Of a stretch of DNA of 64,000 nucleotides, positions 32,355 through 42,572 are shown in pieces (position 1 is the first letter of the stretch; each line of letters begins with the position of its first letter). The notes beneath the pieces were generated by a model. It did not search any database, had not been told where the DNA came from, and saw only the letters and a program-made list of their open reading frames with translations. Made by a program: the position numbers and the translations under genes. Source of the stretch: Methanocaldococcus indicus (lineage in GTDB: Archaea > AGJL01 > Methanococci > Methanococcales > Methanocaldococcaceae); contig NZ_CP186926.1 of assembly GCF_049554935.1 (NCBI RefSeq), positions 1,312,001 to 1,376,000 of the forward strand. The letters are read 5' to 3'.

Positions 32355-32417
32355 AATAATAAATGTTAAATACTATATAATAATAAAATTTTAAAAAATT
32401 TTAATATTGGTGAAAAA

Positions 32418-32846
32418 ATGGAAGCATTAGTTTTGGTTGGGCATGGTAGTAGATTACCATACAGCAAAGAACTTTTGATAAAAATAGCTGAAAAAATAAA
32501 GGAAAGAAATATATTTCCAATTGTTGAGATTGGATTAATGGAATTTAATGAACCAACAATTCCTCAAGCAGTTAAAAGTGCAATAGAAAAAGGTGCTAAA
32601 AAAATTATTGTTGTTCCTGTATTTTTAGCTCATGGTATTCACACAACAAGAGATATTCCAAAGTTGTTAGGCTTAATTGAAGACAATGGAGAAGAAGAAC
32701 ATCACCATCATCATCACCATCACCACCATCATCATGAACATGAAAAATTAGAAATTCCTGAGGATGTAGAGATTATATATAGAGAGCCAATAGGAGCTGA
32801 TGATAGAATTGTTGATATTGTTTTAGATAGAGCTTTTGGAAAATAA
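32418..32846 (+). CDS. cfbA: Sirohydrochlorin nickel chelatase (F430 biosynthesis)
   Basis: CbiXS 'GHGS', 'FLAHGIHTTRDIP', His-rich insert. Confidence 0.93.
   Translation: MEALVLVGHGSRLPYSKELLIKIAEKIKERNIFPIVEIGLMEFNEPTIPQAVKSAIEKGAKKIIVVPVFLAHGIHTTRDIPKLLGLIEDNGEEEHHHHHHHHHHHHEHEKLEIPEDVEIIYREPIGADDRIVDIVLDRAFGK
32700..32735 (+). repeat. CAY trinucleotide tract encoding 12 consecutive His
   Basis: Mixed cat/cac codons in the cfbA loop. Confidence 0.9.
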
Positions 32847-33785
32847 ATTTAAAATATAATTTTGGATGTTATCAATTTTAATTTTTATATCTTCTGGGAC
32901 TTTATAATTTAATTTTATACTTTTCCCATAATATCCATCTAAAAATGCTCTAACACCATATTTAAGTCCTAAACTGTATCCACCTTCTAAAACAGCTGCA
33001 ATAGAATAATTAGATAATGTATTTCCAATATAGTAATAAAATTTTTCATCTAAATATGTATTAGACAAACCATCATTTTTATAACCATCAAAGCCAGCAG
33101 ATATGAGTATAATCTTAGGTTTTATTTTATCTAAAATTGGAAGGACAACATTATCCCATGCATATAAATACTCATCATTTTTTGAATATGGTGGAAGAGG
33201 AATATTTATTTTTGTTCTATAGCAATTATCTCCTGTAAAAGGATACAGATAAGATTGATGTAAATCTATGTGAATAACATTATCATCATCTAAAAATATA
33301 TCTTGTGTTCCATTTCCATGATGTACATCAAAATCTATAACTACAACTTTTTTAAGATAGTTTTTAGCTAATTTAATAGCTCCAGCTATATTGTTAAATA
33401 TGCAAAATCCATTTGTTGATGTATTCGCTTTTCCATTCTTTCCAGCATGGTGCCCTGGTGGCCTTGTTAATGCAAAAACTAAATCTTTCTCGTCTTTGGC
33501 TAATAAAAATGAATATTTTGCCATTTTAAATGATGTTAAAGCAGCAACTAATGTTCCATCTGAAATATAAGTATCTGGGTCTAAGTATCCTCTTGTATTA
33601 ATTACTTTATCCACATATTCTTTACTGTGAACCTCCAATATTTCATTTAAATTAGCTAATTCACTAAAATGAACTATTTGATAGCTATCTAAAATAGATG
33701 ATAAAATAATTTTCAATCTTTTAGGATTTTCTGGATGACCTTCTGGAACTTTATGTTTTAAAGTATTTTCACTATATAGTATCAT
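32823..33785 (-). CDS. Histone deacetylase-family amidohydrolase
   Basis: 'HPENPKR', 'RPPGHHA', 'DFDVHHGNGT', 'SAGFD', 'LEGGY'. Confidence 0.94.
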   Translation of the reverse strand: MILYSENTLKHKVPEGHPENPKRLKIILSSILDSYQIVHFSELANLNEILEVHSKEYVDKVINTRGYLDPDTYISDGTLVAALTSFKMAKYSFLLAKDEKDLVFALTRPPGHHAGKNGKANTSTNGFCIFNNIAGAIKLAKNYLKKVVVIDFDVHHGNGTQDIFLDDDNVIHIDLHQSYLYPFTGDNCYRTKINIPLPPYSKNDEYLYAWDNVVLPILDKIKPKIILISAGFDGYKNDGLSNTYLDEKFYYYIGNTLSNYSIAAVLEGGYSLGLKYGVRAFLDGYYGKSIKLNYKVPEDIKIKIDNIQNYILNLFSKSSI

Positions 33786-33788
33786 AAT

Positions 33789-34047
33789 TTAATCCTTTTT
33801 GATTTCTTTTAGGACATTGTAGAATCTGTTTAATGTTTTTCTTAAACTTCTTAGTCCTTCATCATCTTCTTTAACTCCTTCTTCTCCTTTATCTTTACTC
33901 CAAAAAGTAGCTCCTAAATTAGCTCCAAAACTCCCTCCACTAACTGGAATCATCTCATTTATTAAATAAAAATCATGAATAGTCCTTAAAGCTATTTCTT
34001 GCCCACCTACTCTATATCCTCCAACAGCAATTCCCATTCCTATTTTA
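33789..34047 (-). pseudogene. 3' remnant of a flavodoxin-like / iron-sulfur flavoprotein gene truncated by IS6
   Basis: 'GIAVGG.R.GGQE', 'GANLGA' C-terminal Isf-family motifs; the apparent N-terminus in the ORF track is IS end sequence. Confidence 0.82.
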
Positions 34048-34749
34048 GACACTGTCAAGTTAACGACATCAACCAATTGTAGAACATCATGAAACTTTTA
34101 ATCCAGCTAACAACTGTATCGAATTTGCTGTTATTAGGAAACCTATTATAAAATGCTTTAGTTCTTCGTTTGAGTAGTGAGAAAAAGCTTTCTACACAAT
34201 TTCTCAGTCCGAATCTGACTCTTTCAAATTCTAAACCCAATCTTTGCCATGCCCACGGATACCATCTTCCACCATCGACCAAAATCTTCGGCTTATTAGA
34301 GCAAAATTTTAATATACTCTTAACGAATAATATAGTATCGAGGCAGTTTCTTGTTTCAGAAACATAAACTCCCAAGCACTCTTTCGATTCAACATCAATA
34401 GCAGACCATACGTAAATATTTTCATTTCCAATCTTTAGTTTGGTCTCATCGATTGCAATTGCGTATCTTTCCTTTCTTTCAGGTTCGTTTAAAACATCTT
34501 TAATCTTGTGATAATAAGTCCTAACCGACTCATGGCTTATACTTTCGAATTGGGAAAGAAACAAACTTACCTTCCTCAACGATAGTCCAAGATAATACAA
34601 AATCCCAGCTAAGATTTTAACTTCTATCGACTTCTTATTCCTTTTAAAAATCTTCTCCTCTTCGATTCTCTCCTTTAAGACTTCTATCGTGAGCTTCATA
34701 TTTTATTATTTTTTATCAATTATTAATAAAAGCTTAACTTGACACTCTC
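34048..34749 (-). mobile_element. IS6-family insertion sequence, 702 bp
   Basis: 16-bp terminal IRs GACACTGTCAAGTTAA (34048-63) and GAGAGTGTCAAGTTAA (rc of 34734-49); visibly more CG dinucleotides than host; no TSD. Confidence 0.92.
34055..34699 (-). CDS. IS6-family DDE transposase
   Basis: 'GLSLRKV' HTH, 'AIDETK', 'WSAID', 'VDGG.WY', 'VESFF..LKRR'. Confidence 0.93.
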   Translation of the reverse strand: MKLTIEVLKERIEEEKIFKRNKKSIEVKILAGILYYLGLSLRKVSLFLSQFESISHESVRTYYHKIKDVLNEPERKERYAIAIDETKLKIGNENIYVWSAIDVESKECLGVYVSETRNCLDTILFVKSILKFCSNKPKILVDGGRWYPWAWQRLGLEFERVRFGLRNCVESFFSLLKRRTKAFYNRFPNNSKFDTVVSWIKSFMMFYNWLMSLT

Positions 34750-34828
34750 AAAAAAATATTTTAGGTCTAATTATGAATTACTTAATAAAATATAAAATAA
34801 ATAATTAAATAAACAAGAGGTGAAAAAT

Positions 34829-36661
34829 TTGGAAAATCTAATAGTAAAAAACAAACTTCCAATATTAATTTTATTATTTTATATAATTTTTGGAGCTATT
34901 CTTCAATATTATGGGATTTCACAATTTAAATCTTTACCTTCTCCTATTTTTGGTGGAGATTACTACTACCAGATGGGTGTTATTTGGCATATTAGAGAAG
35001 GAGGAAATCCTTTAGAAAGCTCTTCTATGCTTGGAGGTATTCCAGGATATCTCCCATTGTATGGATTTTTATGTGCTAAGTTTTGTGACTTATTTAACTT
35101 AGACACAATGAAGGGAATGTTTTATTTTTCTATAGTGTTGTTTGTTGTAGCAAGTATTATATGGTTTTATTTGTTTAGAGTTTTGTTTAGAGATGATTGG
35201 ATAGCTTTAATAGGAGTAGCTTTAGCAAATGGAATAAATGCTTATCCAATACTAAAATATACAAACTTTACTCATCAAATTATGTTACCTTTATTTATTC
35301 TTACTCTATATTTAGCATTTAAAGAGAGAAAGATAATTTATTATGCTCTATTGGGATTGATATATGGATTATTAACTTTATCACATATGGTTGCATTTGT
35401 TGGAGCAACATTAATAATAGCTACTTTTATTGTTTATGAAATATATAAAAATAGAAATAATATAATAGATTACTTAAAAGAGAATATAAAAAACTGGGGA
35501 GTTTTTGGAATTATTGCATTACCTATATTAATGCTTTATTGGTATAAACCAATATTTGTTTATCATTTACATAGACCTTATGATAGAGTTCATATGGACA
35601 TCTGGGATTTTGGAAGGTTTGATGTGCAGATAACTTTTTTAATAGATACTATAAAAAGATATTTGTTTAACTTTTTGTCATTGGGTGGATTTATATTAAC
35701 TATACTTACATGGCTTGGAATATATGCATATATAAAATCTGAAGAATCTAAACTAAAAGAATTTATAAAAATATTTTGTTTAGGCTCAATATTTGCAACT
35801 TTTAGTTATTTTATAACTGAGCCATTATTTAAAATCAATTTCATACCAAACTATATGTCCTATTTTTATCTTTGGATATCTTCAATAATCATAGGATTAT
35901 ATGGACTTAGTTATTTAAAAGAAAAATACAGTTTGAATATTATAAATAGAGAGTTAATTGTCTTTGGAACTTTATTTTTAGTTTTATTTGCAAATACAAC
36001 CTATGGGTTCATAAACTATATAGAAAACAATAAATGGGCACAAGTAGGAAAACATCCTTTACCTGAAATGTATATTTCATTACAACACTATATACTAACT
36101 CACACCAATGTGAATGATGTATTTTTATCTACAAAAGAATTAAGTTTTATGATTAATTCACTAACAGGAAGAAAAGTTATGGTAGATAGATGGGCACAAC
36201 AAAATAATCCATATGCAAATTTACCTCAAAGAGATATGGATACCGCTATAATTTTATATGGAAATGATACAAATAAAAAATTAGAGTTAATCAAAAAATA
36301 TCATATTAAATACTTGTATTGGGACTATAATTGGATATCTACTGAATTCTATATTGATAAATATGGAAGAATAGTTGGAATTTATGACCCACTAATGACC
36401 TATGATACAAAAGAGAATAGAGAATATCTAAATAAATATGGTGTAAAATATATTCCAATATATTACTGGATTGACCCATCATGTAGAAATGAATACGTAA
36501 GAAAGTTCCATATATTAGTTATTTCCCCAGAAAACTATTACAACTTTACACATCCATGGAAACCAGATTTAGATAAATACTTAGTAGAAGTTTGGAATTA
36601 CACATATAATGGGCAAAAGATAGCTGTTTTATATAAAATTAATTTAAGTGATAACCAATGA
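34829..36661 (+). CDS. Polytopic membrane protein, putative GT-C fold glycosyltransferase
   Basis: About 10 TM helices, first loop 'FGGDYYY', soluble C-domain; TTG start after GAGGTGA; overlaps GT2 gene. Confidence 0.65.
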   Translation: MENLIVKNKLPILILLFYIIFGAILQYYGISQFKSLPSPIFGGDYYYQMGVIWHIREGGNPLESSSMLGGIPGYLPLYGFLCAKFCDLFNLDTMKGMFYFSIVLFVVASIIWFYLFRVLFRDDWIALIGVALANGINAYPILKYTNFTHQIMLPLFILTLYLAFKERKIIYYALLGLIYGLLTLSHMVAFVGATLIIATFIVYEIYKNRNNIIDYLKENIKNWGVFGIIALPILMLYWYKPIFVYHLHRPYDRVHMDIWDFGRFDVQITFLIDTIKRYLFNFLSLGGFILTILTWLGIYAYIKSEESKLKEFIKIFCLGSIFATFSYFITEPLFKINFIPNYMSYFYLWISSIIIGLYGLSYLKEKYSLNIINRELIVFGTLFLVLFANTTYGFINYIENNKWAQVGKHPLPEMYISLQHYILTHTNVNDVFLSTKELSFMINSLTGRKVMVDRWAQQNNPYANLPQRDMDTAIILYGNDTNKKLELIKKYHIKYLYWDYNWISTEFYIDKYGRIVGIYDPLMTYDTKENREYLNKYGVKYIPIYYWIDPSCRNEYVRKFHILVISPENYYNFTHPWKPDLDKYLVEVWNYTYNGQKIAVLYKINLSDNQ

Positions 36662-37359
36662 AAAAGGTATCTATTGTTATTCCTGCATATAATGAGGAAA
36701 AAACTATAGAAAAAATTTTAAAAAAAATTTTAGATGTGAAATTACCATTAGAAAAAGAAATTATCATTGTAAATGATGGCTCAACAGATAAAACAAAAGA
36801 TATAGTTGAAGAGTTTATAAAAAAACATCCAAATGAAAATATTAAGCTAATTAATAAAGAAAATGGTGGAAAAGGTAGTGCATTGAAAGTTGGAATTAAA
36901 CACTCAACAGGAGATATAATAATTATACAAGATGCTGATTTAGAATATGACCCAAATGACTATCCAAAATTAATAAAACCTATATTAGAAGGAAAAACAA
37001 AAGTAGTATATGGGTCAAGATTAAGAAAAAGAAATAAATTTTCACATATATCTTTTTTATTAGGAGGGTTATTAATTACAACCTTAACAAACTTACTTTA
37101 TTTTACATTTTTAACAGATGAACCTACATGTTATAAAGTATTTCATAAAGATTTGAAAGATATTTTAATTAATGCAGAAGGTAATAAGTTTGATTGGGAA
37201 CCAGAAGTAACTGCTAAAATATTAAGGAAGGGATATAAAATATATGAAGTGCCTATTAATTACTATCCAAGAACAAAAAAAGAAGGGAAAAAAATTAGAT
37301 GGAAAGATGGATTAGAGGCAGTATATACTTTAATTAAATGGAGATTTAAAAAGATTTAA
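36658..37359 (+). CDS. GT2 polyprenol-phosphate glycosyltransferase
   Basis: 'IPAYNEE', 'NDGSTD', 'GKG.A', 'QDADLEYDP', 'GKKI.WKDG'. Confidence 0.92.
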   Translation: MKKVSIVIPAYNEEKTIEKILKKILDVKLPLEKEIIIVNDGSTDKTKDIVEEFIKKHPNENIKLINKENGGKGSALKVGIKHSTGDIIIIQDADLEYDPNDYPKLIKPILEGKTKVVYGSRLRKRNKFSHISFLLGGLLITTLTNLLYFTFLTDEPTCYKVFHKDLKDILINAEGNKFDWEPEVTAKILRKGYKIYEVPINYYPRTKKEGKKIRWKDGLEAVYTLIKWRFKKI

Positions 37360-37469
37360 TATTTATTTCATATTTTTCTATATATTTTCATCCGAATATG
37401 TTATTTTATCAGGGATGGAATAAAAAATATAACTTTAATTAATTATAATAAAGGAATATACTGGTATAT

Positions 37470-38408
37470 ATGATAAAAAAATATCTATTAAATAAAAGAA
37501 CAGTAATTTCATTTGTAGTATCATTTATTATAATTTCATATATATTTTTAAAAATTAATTTGGATGAATTAATATTGGTTTTAAGAAATACAAATATTTT
37601 TTACTATATAATTGCTTTTTTTATGTTTTATATCTCAATTTTGATAAAAAGTTATAGATGGAAAATAATGCTTGAAAATATAGATATATCAATAAAACTA
37701 ATAGATTCTTTTAAAATATACTTTTTATCTATGTTTGTAAATTCTTTGGTTCCTGCTAAATTGGGAGATGTATATAGAGGATATTTACTAAAAAAGAAGA
37801 CTAATAAATCAATATCCTTAGGATTTGGAACAGTTTTTATAGAGAGAATTTTGGATTTAATTACTATGATTACATTATTATTTTTTTCAGCATATTTTTC
37901 TTTTAAATCAGATATTCCAAAAGATATTTTATTATCTATTAAATGGGGATGTATATTCATACTAATTTTAATATTTTCAATTATCCTTTTTATATTGTTT
38001 AATAAAAAAATAAAAATAAAGAGATTTGATATATCAAATATATTAATAAATTTTGAAAAAGGTTTAAGAGTTATAGATTTACAATCTCTACCAACTGTTT
38101 TATTTCTTTCCTATATAGGTTGGATTGTTGAAGGGCTCACAGTATATTTTGTATTCCTATCCTTAAAAATTAATTTAGGATTGTTATTCAGTATATTTTC
38201 AGATTTAGCATCATCATTATTAACAGCTGTTCCTATAACTCCATCAGGTTTAGGAATAGTTGAATATGCACTTATTTATATATTAAATCTAAAAAATTTA
38301 GATTATAGCTTAGCTTTTGCAGTTCTTATTTTATATAGGGGAATTACTTATTTCTCAATCATTTTATTTGGGAGTGTTATCTATCTAATTGAAAGTATTA
38401 AAAAGTGA
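37470..38408 (+). CDS. UPF0104 / LPG-synthase TM domain (flippase-like) protein
   Basis: 'RW', 'N..VPAKLGD..R', 'ERILD', 'PITPSGLGIVE', 'LYR'. Confidence 0.88.
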   Translation: MIKKYLLNKRTVISFVVSFIIISYIFLKINLDELILVLRNTNIFYYIIAFFMFYISILIKSYRWKIMLENIDISIKLIDSFKIYFLSMFVNSLVPAKLGDVYRGYLLKKKTNKSISLGFGTVFIERILDLITMITLLFFSAYFSFKSDIPKDILLSIKWGCIFILILIFSIILFILFNKKIKIKRFDISNILINFEKGLRVIDLQSLPTVLFLSYIGWIVEGLTVYFVFLSLKINLGLLFSIFSDLASSLLTAVPITPSGLGIVEYALIYILNLKNLDYSLAFAVLILYRGITYFSIILFGSVIYLIESIKK

Positions 38409-38415
38409 ATAAGTT

Positions 38416-39153
38416 ATGTATGTAGATGCACATTGTCATATAGAGGATAAAGGATTTAATAAAAATAGAGATGAAGTAATTAAAAGGGCAAAATCTGAGA
38501 ATGTCATTATTATAACAAGTGGAGTCACATTAGGAGGAATAAATAGAGCTTTGGAACTAAAAAATAAATATAATATTTATTTAACTCTAGGTTTTCATCC
38601 AGATAAAGTTAAAGCAGATAACAAGATAATTGAAAAAGCATACAACATAATTAAATCTAACTATAAAAAAATATTGGCTGTTGGAGAAATAGGAATGGAC
38701 ATTAAAAGAGAAAATTATGATAGACAAGAAGAGATTTTTAGAAAATTTTTAAACTTAGCTAAAGAAATAGATAAGCCAGTTGTTCTACATGCAAGAGGTT
38801 TTGAAGAGAAAATATTTAATATGTTGGATGTTCCTGCTATGTTTCACTGCTACTCTGGAAGTGTAGAATTAGCTAAAAAAATAGTTAAAGAAAATTATTA
38901 CATCTCAATATCTACTCTTCTACTGTTTTCTAAACTACATGAAGAGATTGTAAAAAATGTAGATATTGATTTTTTATTAACTGAAACAGATAGTCCATGT
39001 CTTTCACCAATAAAAGGAGAAAAAAATGAGCCAAAAAATGTTAAATTGGTTGTAAAAAAAATAGCTGAAATTAAAGAGATTGATGAGGGAGAAGTTAAAA
39101 AAATTATATATAAAAATTCATGCAAATTCTTTAAAGAAAAACTTACTTTATAA
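38416..39153 (+). CDS. tatD: TatD-family hydrolase
   Basis: 'DAHCH', 'GFHP', 'VGEIG.D', 'LHAR', 'FHCYSG', 'ETDSP'. Confidence 0.92.
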   Translation: MYVDAHCHIEDKGFNKNRDEVIKRAKSENVIIITSGVTLGGINRALELKNKYNIYLTLGFHPDKVKADNKIIEKAYNIIKSNYKKILAVGEIGMDIKRENYDRQEEIFRKFLNLAKEIDKPVVLHARGFEEKIFNMLDVPAMFHCYSGSVELAKKIVKENYYISISTLLLFSKLHEEIVKNVDIDFLLTETDSPCLSPIKGEKNEPKNVKLVVKKIAEIKEIDEGEVKKIIYKNSCKFFKEKLTL

Positions 39154-39248
39154 ATTTATCTTTTTTGGTAAAATTTTTGTCTTAAATGGTAAAATTTTTA
39201 TATTACCTGACTTTATTATATTTTTCTGTTTATCACACTTTGGGAGGG

Positions 39249-40388
39249 ATGGCAATGAAAAAGTATATCCTACTGTTTGTAGGATTGATAATTTTATCTT
39301 TCTTAGCAGGATGCACTCAACAGCAAGAGAAGTCAGAAGTGCCTACAATAACAGTTGGTTATTTGCCAACAGACCACCAAGCAGCTTTATTTGTTGCAGC
39401 AGATTATCCTGATTTATTTAAAGATAAATATGGAATATACTTAAAGAAAGTTAAAGATAAGGAAGAATATGAGTTATACAAAGGAGACAAAAAAATTGCT
39501 AATATTAAGCTAATATTAATCAAACAAGGAGGAGCTGCAATAATGAACTTAATGAATCAGAAAAAGGTTGATGTTGCTTTGTTGGGAGTTCCTCCTGCAA
39601 TATTCTATATTGACAAAGGAACAAATGCTAAAATAGTTATGAACTTACACACTGATGGTTCTGCTGTTGTTGTAAGAAAAGATATTCCTGTTAATAATTG
39701 GGAGGAATTTGTTAATTGGATTAAAGAACAACATAAAGAAGGAAAACAAGTAAAAATTGGCCATCCTCTACCTACTTCAATACAGTATGTTATGATAAAA
39801 GATGCATTAAAAGCTTCAGGAATTACATATACTGAAAATCCACAAAATAAAAGTGCTATGGTATTATTAATTAACTGTAAGGGACAAGGATCAATGCCTC
39901 AATTGTTAGAGAGTAAGCAATTAGATGCAGTTATTGCTTGGGAACCAATGCCAGAGATATTAAGAGTAAGAGGTATTGGAAAACCAATAGTTTATAGTCA
40001 AGATTTACCATCCACAACTGGAAAAACTTGGAAAAACCATCCATGTTGTTGTGTATGTGTCTCAGAAGATAGTTTAAGCAAGTATCATACTGCTATTATA
40101 ACATTCTGTAAGTTGTTGAAAGATGCTACAATTGAAATTCAACACAATGAAACATTAGCTATAGATGCATCATCAAGATGGTTAGGAACATCAAAAGAAA
40201 TAGAAAAATTATCAGTTCCACATATAACTTATGATTATAGATTAGAGCCAATTGTTCCAAAAGTTATTCAGTTTGTTGAAGTTATGAATGAGCAAGGATT
40301 AATGAAAGGTAGATTAAAAGATGCTAATCCAGATAAAATAAAAGAGATTGTATTTGACTGGAAAGCTTATAATGAGATAGTTAAATAA
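39249..40388 (+). CDS. ABC transporter substrate-binding lipoprotein (NitT/TauT/SsuA-like)
   Basis: Lipobox 'LAGC', 'VGYLPTDH', 'AWEP', 'HPCC'; ATG 39249 or 39255 after GGAGG. Confidence 0.87.
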   Translation: MAMKKYILLFVGLIILSFLAGCTQQQEKSEVPTITVGYLPTDHQAALFVAADYPDLFKDKYGIYLKKVKDKEEYELYKGDKKIANIKLILIKQGGAAIMNLMNQKKVDVALLGVPPAIFYIDKGTNAKIVMNLHTDGSAVVVRKDIPVNNWEEFVNWIKEQHKEGKQVKIGHPLPTSIQYVMIKDALKASGITYTENPQNKSAMVLLINCKGQGSMPQLLESKQLDAVIAWEPMPEILRVRGIGKPIVYSQDLPSTTGKTWKNHPCCCVCVSEDSLSKYHTAIITFCKLLKDATIEIQHNETLAIDASSRWLGTSKEIEKLSVPHITYDYRLEPIVPKVIQFVEVMNEQGLMKGRLKDANPDKIKEIVFDWKAYNEIVK

Positions 40389-41181
40389 TACTTTCTAATA
40401 GTTCAATATCTTCCAATAATACTTTTATTTTATATTCTTTTGAATGTTCTTTTATTCTCCTATCATCTAATTCTAAAGTTATTATTCCTCTATAACCATA
40501 ATCTAACAGCTTTTTTAATGGTGTTAAAACATCTATCTCAGAATATTTAAGAGGATAATGGTCTTTTCCATTTTTCACACCTGAAATATGCACATGCTTT
40601 ATTTTTTTGTTAAATTTTTCTACAAATATATTAGCATAATTTTTTGCATGTGCAAAATCTAATGTTAAATAAAGATTATCAAATCTTTTTAAAATATTGT
40701 CAATATCTTCCACTTTCCAACCAATTCTATAAATCTTTTTAGGCATATTTTCCATACATATAAATAAATCTTTATCTTTTGAGTATTCTAATATATTTTT
40801 TAGATACCTATAAAAATGCTCATACTCTTCTTCTGTTGGTTCTCTACTTACAGGCCTTCTACCTGGATGAATTGTTAATATTCTACTATTCAAATTATTT
40901 GCTAAATCAATAGCCCATAGTGTCTCTTTTAATGTCCCTTCTCTAACATAAGGATTTAACGATGAAGGATTTAATTCTATATGTGGATTATGAACAGCTA
41001 TTTCAAACTTTTTTAGTTCTTTAATAACTTCACATAAATAGTCTATATTAAACCTATTATCCCAAAAGTCTGGATTTTCTGGAAAAAATTCTATACATTT
41101 TAAACCTATTTCTTTAAATATATCCAAAATCTTCAATATGGGATATTCCCAGAAAAATAGTGTTGATGTGGCAATTCTCAT
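40381..41181 (-). CDS. Sugar phosphate isomerase/epimerase (AP endonuclease 2 TIM barrel) family
   Basis: 'IHPG', 'MENM', 'LDFAHA', 'HVHIS', 'DH', 'LE'. Confidence 0.85.
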   Translation of the reverse strand: MRIATSTLFFWEYPILKILDIFKEIGLKCIEFFPENPDFWDNRFNIDYLCEVIKELKKFEIAVHNPHIELNPSSLNPYVREGTLKETLWAIDLANNLNSRILTIHPGRRPVSREPTEEEYEHFYRYLKNILEYSKDKDLFICMENMPKKIYRIGWKVEDIDNILKRFDNLYLTLDFAHAKNYANIFVEKFNKKIKHVHISGVKNGKDHYPLKYSEIDVLTPLKKLLDYGYRGIITLELDDRRIKEHSKEYKIKVLLEDIELLESII

Positions 41182-41281
41182 AATAATCCCAATATTTGAA
41201 ATAATTAATGTATATCTTTAAAGTTAAATATATAAAAATGAATATTCCATAAAAGTTAAAAATGATGATAGCTATAATATT

Positions 41282-41494
41282 TTACTGTAAGAATTCTTCC
41301 ATAGCCAACTTAATATCTTCAACTTTAACTGTCTTTCTCTTAGCATGTTTTGCTAATTCAACTGCTCTCTTAGCAATTTCCAATCCTAATTGCTCTAATG
41401 CCTCAGCAAAGTATTTACCAGCTTCTTCACTGACTCTCTCTGCTCCTGCCTTCTTTAATATTCTTACACATGGTGCAACTGGAAGCTCTGCCAT
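41282..41494 (-). CDS. Archaeal histone (HMf-type)
   Basis: '[18 protein letters not shown]...[17 protein letters not shown]'. Confidence 0.96.
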   Translation of the reverse strand: MAELPVAPCVRILKKAGAERVSEEAGKYFAEALEQLGLEIAKRAVELAKHAKRKTVKVEDIKLAMEEFLQ

Positions 41495-41559
41495 CTTATC
41501 ACCTGATAACTTTTTATTTTTCTTTTTATTTTAATGTAGTATAAATACTTTTCTCTTTT

Positions 41560-42357
41560 TTATTGTTCAAGTTCTTTTATAGCTTCTTTATACTGTTCAT
41601 CATTTGGAGGTTTTCCATGGAATGCAACATTATGCTCCATAAATGATACTCCTCTACCTTTGACAGTATAACAAATAATAACCTTTGGTCTTCTATTTTT
41701 CATATTTTTAGCTTGATTTACTGTTTTTATTATTTCATCTATATTGTTTCCATCTATTTCAAATACATCCCAATTAAATGCTCTAAATTTTTCAGCAATT
41801 TTCTCTAAACTCATTACATCCTCTGTATGTCCATCTATCTGTAACCAGTTTCTATCTACAAATGCTATCAAATTATCTAACTTATAATGAGCAGCTGCCA
41901 TTGCTGCTTCCCAAACAATTCCCTCCTGACATTCTCCATCTCCCAACAATACATAAACATATTTATTTATATTATCTAATTTATATCCTAATGCCATTCC
42001 AACACTTGCAGAGAATCCTTGTCCCAATGAACCTGTTGAGATTTCAACACCAACAGTTTCTATAGAGGGATGTCCTTGAAGTTTTCCCTCTAATCTTCTT
42101 AACTTCCAAAGTTCTTCTTCCTCAATATATTCCAACTCTGAGAGAACTGCATATAAAGCAGGAGCAGCATGTCCTTTACTTAAAACAAATCTATCTCTAT
42201 CTTTTTTTTCAGGATGATAATCCATAATTTTGAAGTATAAAGCTACTAAAATTTCAACACATGATAAACTTCCTCCAGGATGTCCTGATTTTGCTAAATA
42301 ACACATTTTTAATATTTTTTTTCTAACTCTTTTAGCTATCTCTAACAAATTATCCAT
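41560..42357 (-). CDS. Transketolase N-terminal (TPP-binding) subunit
   Basis: 'SGHPGGSLS', 'LSKGHA', 'GSLGQG', 'GDGE..EG'. Confidence 0.93.
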   Translation of the reverse strand: MDNLLEIAKRVRKKILKMCYLAKSGHPGGSLSCVEILVALYFKIMDYHPEKKDRDRFVLSKGHAAPALYAVLSELEYIEEEELWKLRRLEGKLQGHPSIETVGVEISTGSLGQGFSASVGMALGYKLDNINKYVYVLLGDGECQEGIVWEAAMAAAHYKLDNLIAFVDRNWLQIDGHTEDVMSLEKIAEKFRAFNWDVFEIDGNNIDEIIKTVNQAKNMKNRRPKVIICYTVKGRGVSFMEHNVAFHGKPPNDEQYKEAIKELEQ

Positions 42358-42424
42358 ATTCCCACCAAAGTTATTTATTGAATTTTTGAATATAATTAAC
42401 TAAAATAAATAATTAATGATTAGT

Positions 42425-42571
42425 ATGGAGTGGATAAAAAAGTATCTTCATATTTTAGCTTGTCCCTATTGTAGAGGAAACTTAATACTAAAAGATAATA
42501 AATTAATATGTAAGAAGTGTAAGAAAGAGTTTAAAATTGTTGATGGGATTCCTATTCTATTGAGGTGGTAG
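42425..42571 (+). CDS. Trm112-family zinc-knuckle protein, 48 aa (below ORF-track cutoff)
   Basis: MEWIKKYLHILACPYCRGNL...LICKKCKKEFKIVDGIPILLRW. Confidence 0.88.
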   Translation: MEWIKKYLHILACPYCRGNLILKDNKLICKKCKKEFKIVDGIPILLRW

Positions 42572-42572
42572 A

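Noticed and set aside
34048-34076. Apparent start '[10 protein letters not shown]' of the 95-aa ORF
   Set aside because: Derived from the IS end, not from the native gene.
39080-39412. 110-aa alternative-frame ORF and the long N-terminal extension of the binding protein from 39186
   Set aside because: Overlaps real genes; SD and lipoprotein signal support a start at 39249 or 39255.
41496-41509. Palindrome TTATCACCTGATAA over the histone SD
   Set aside because: Short, AT-rich and partly explained by the SD itself; too weak to fold at high temperature.
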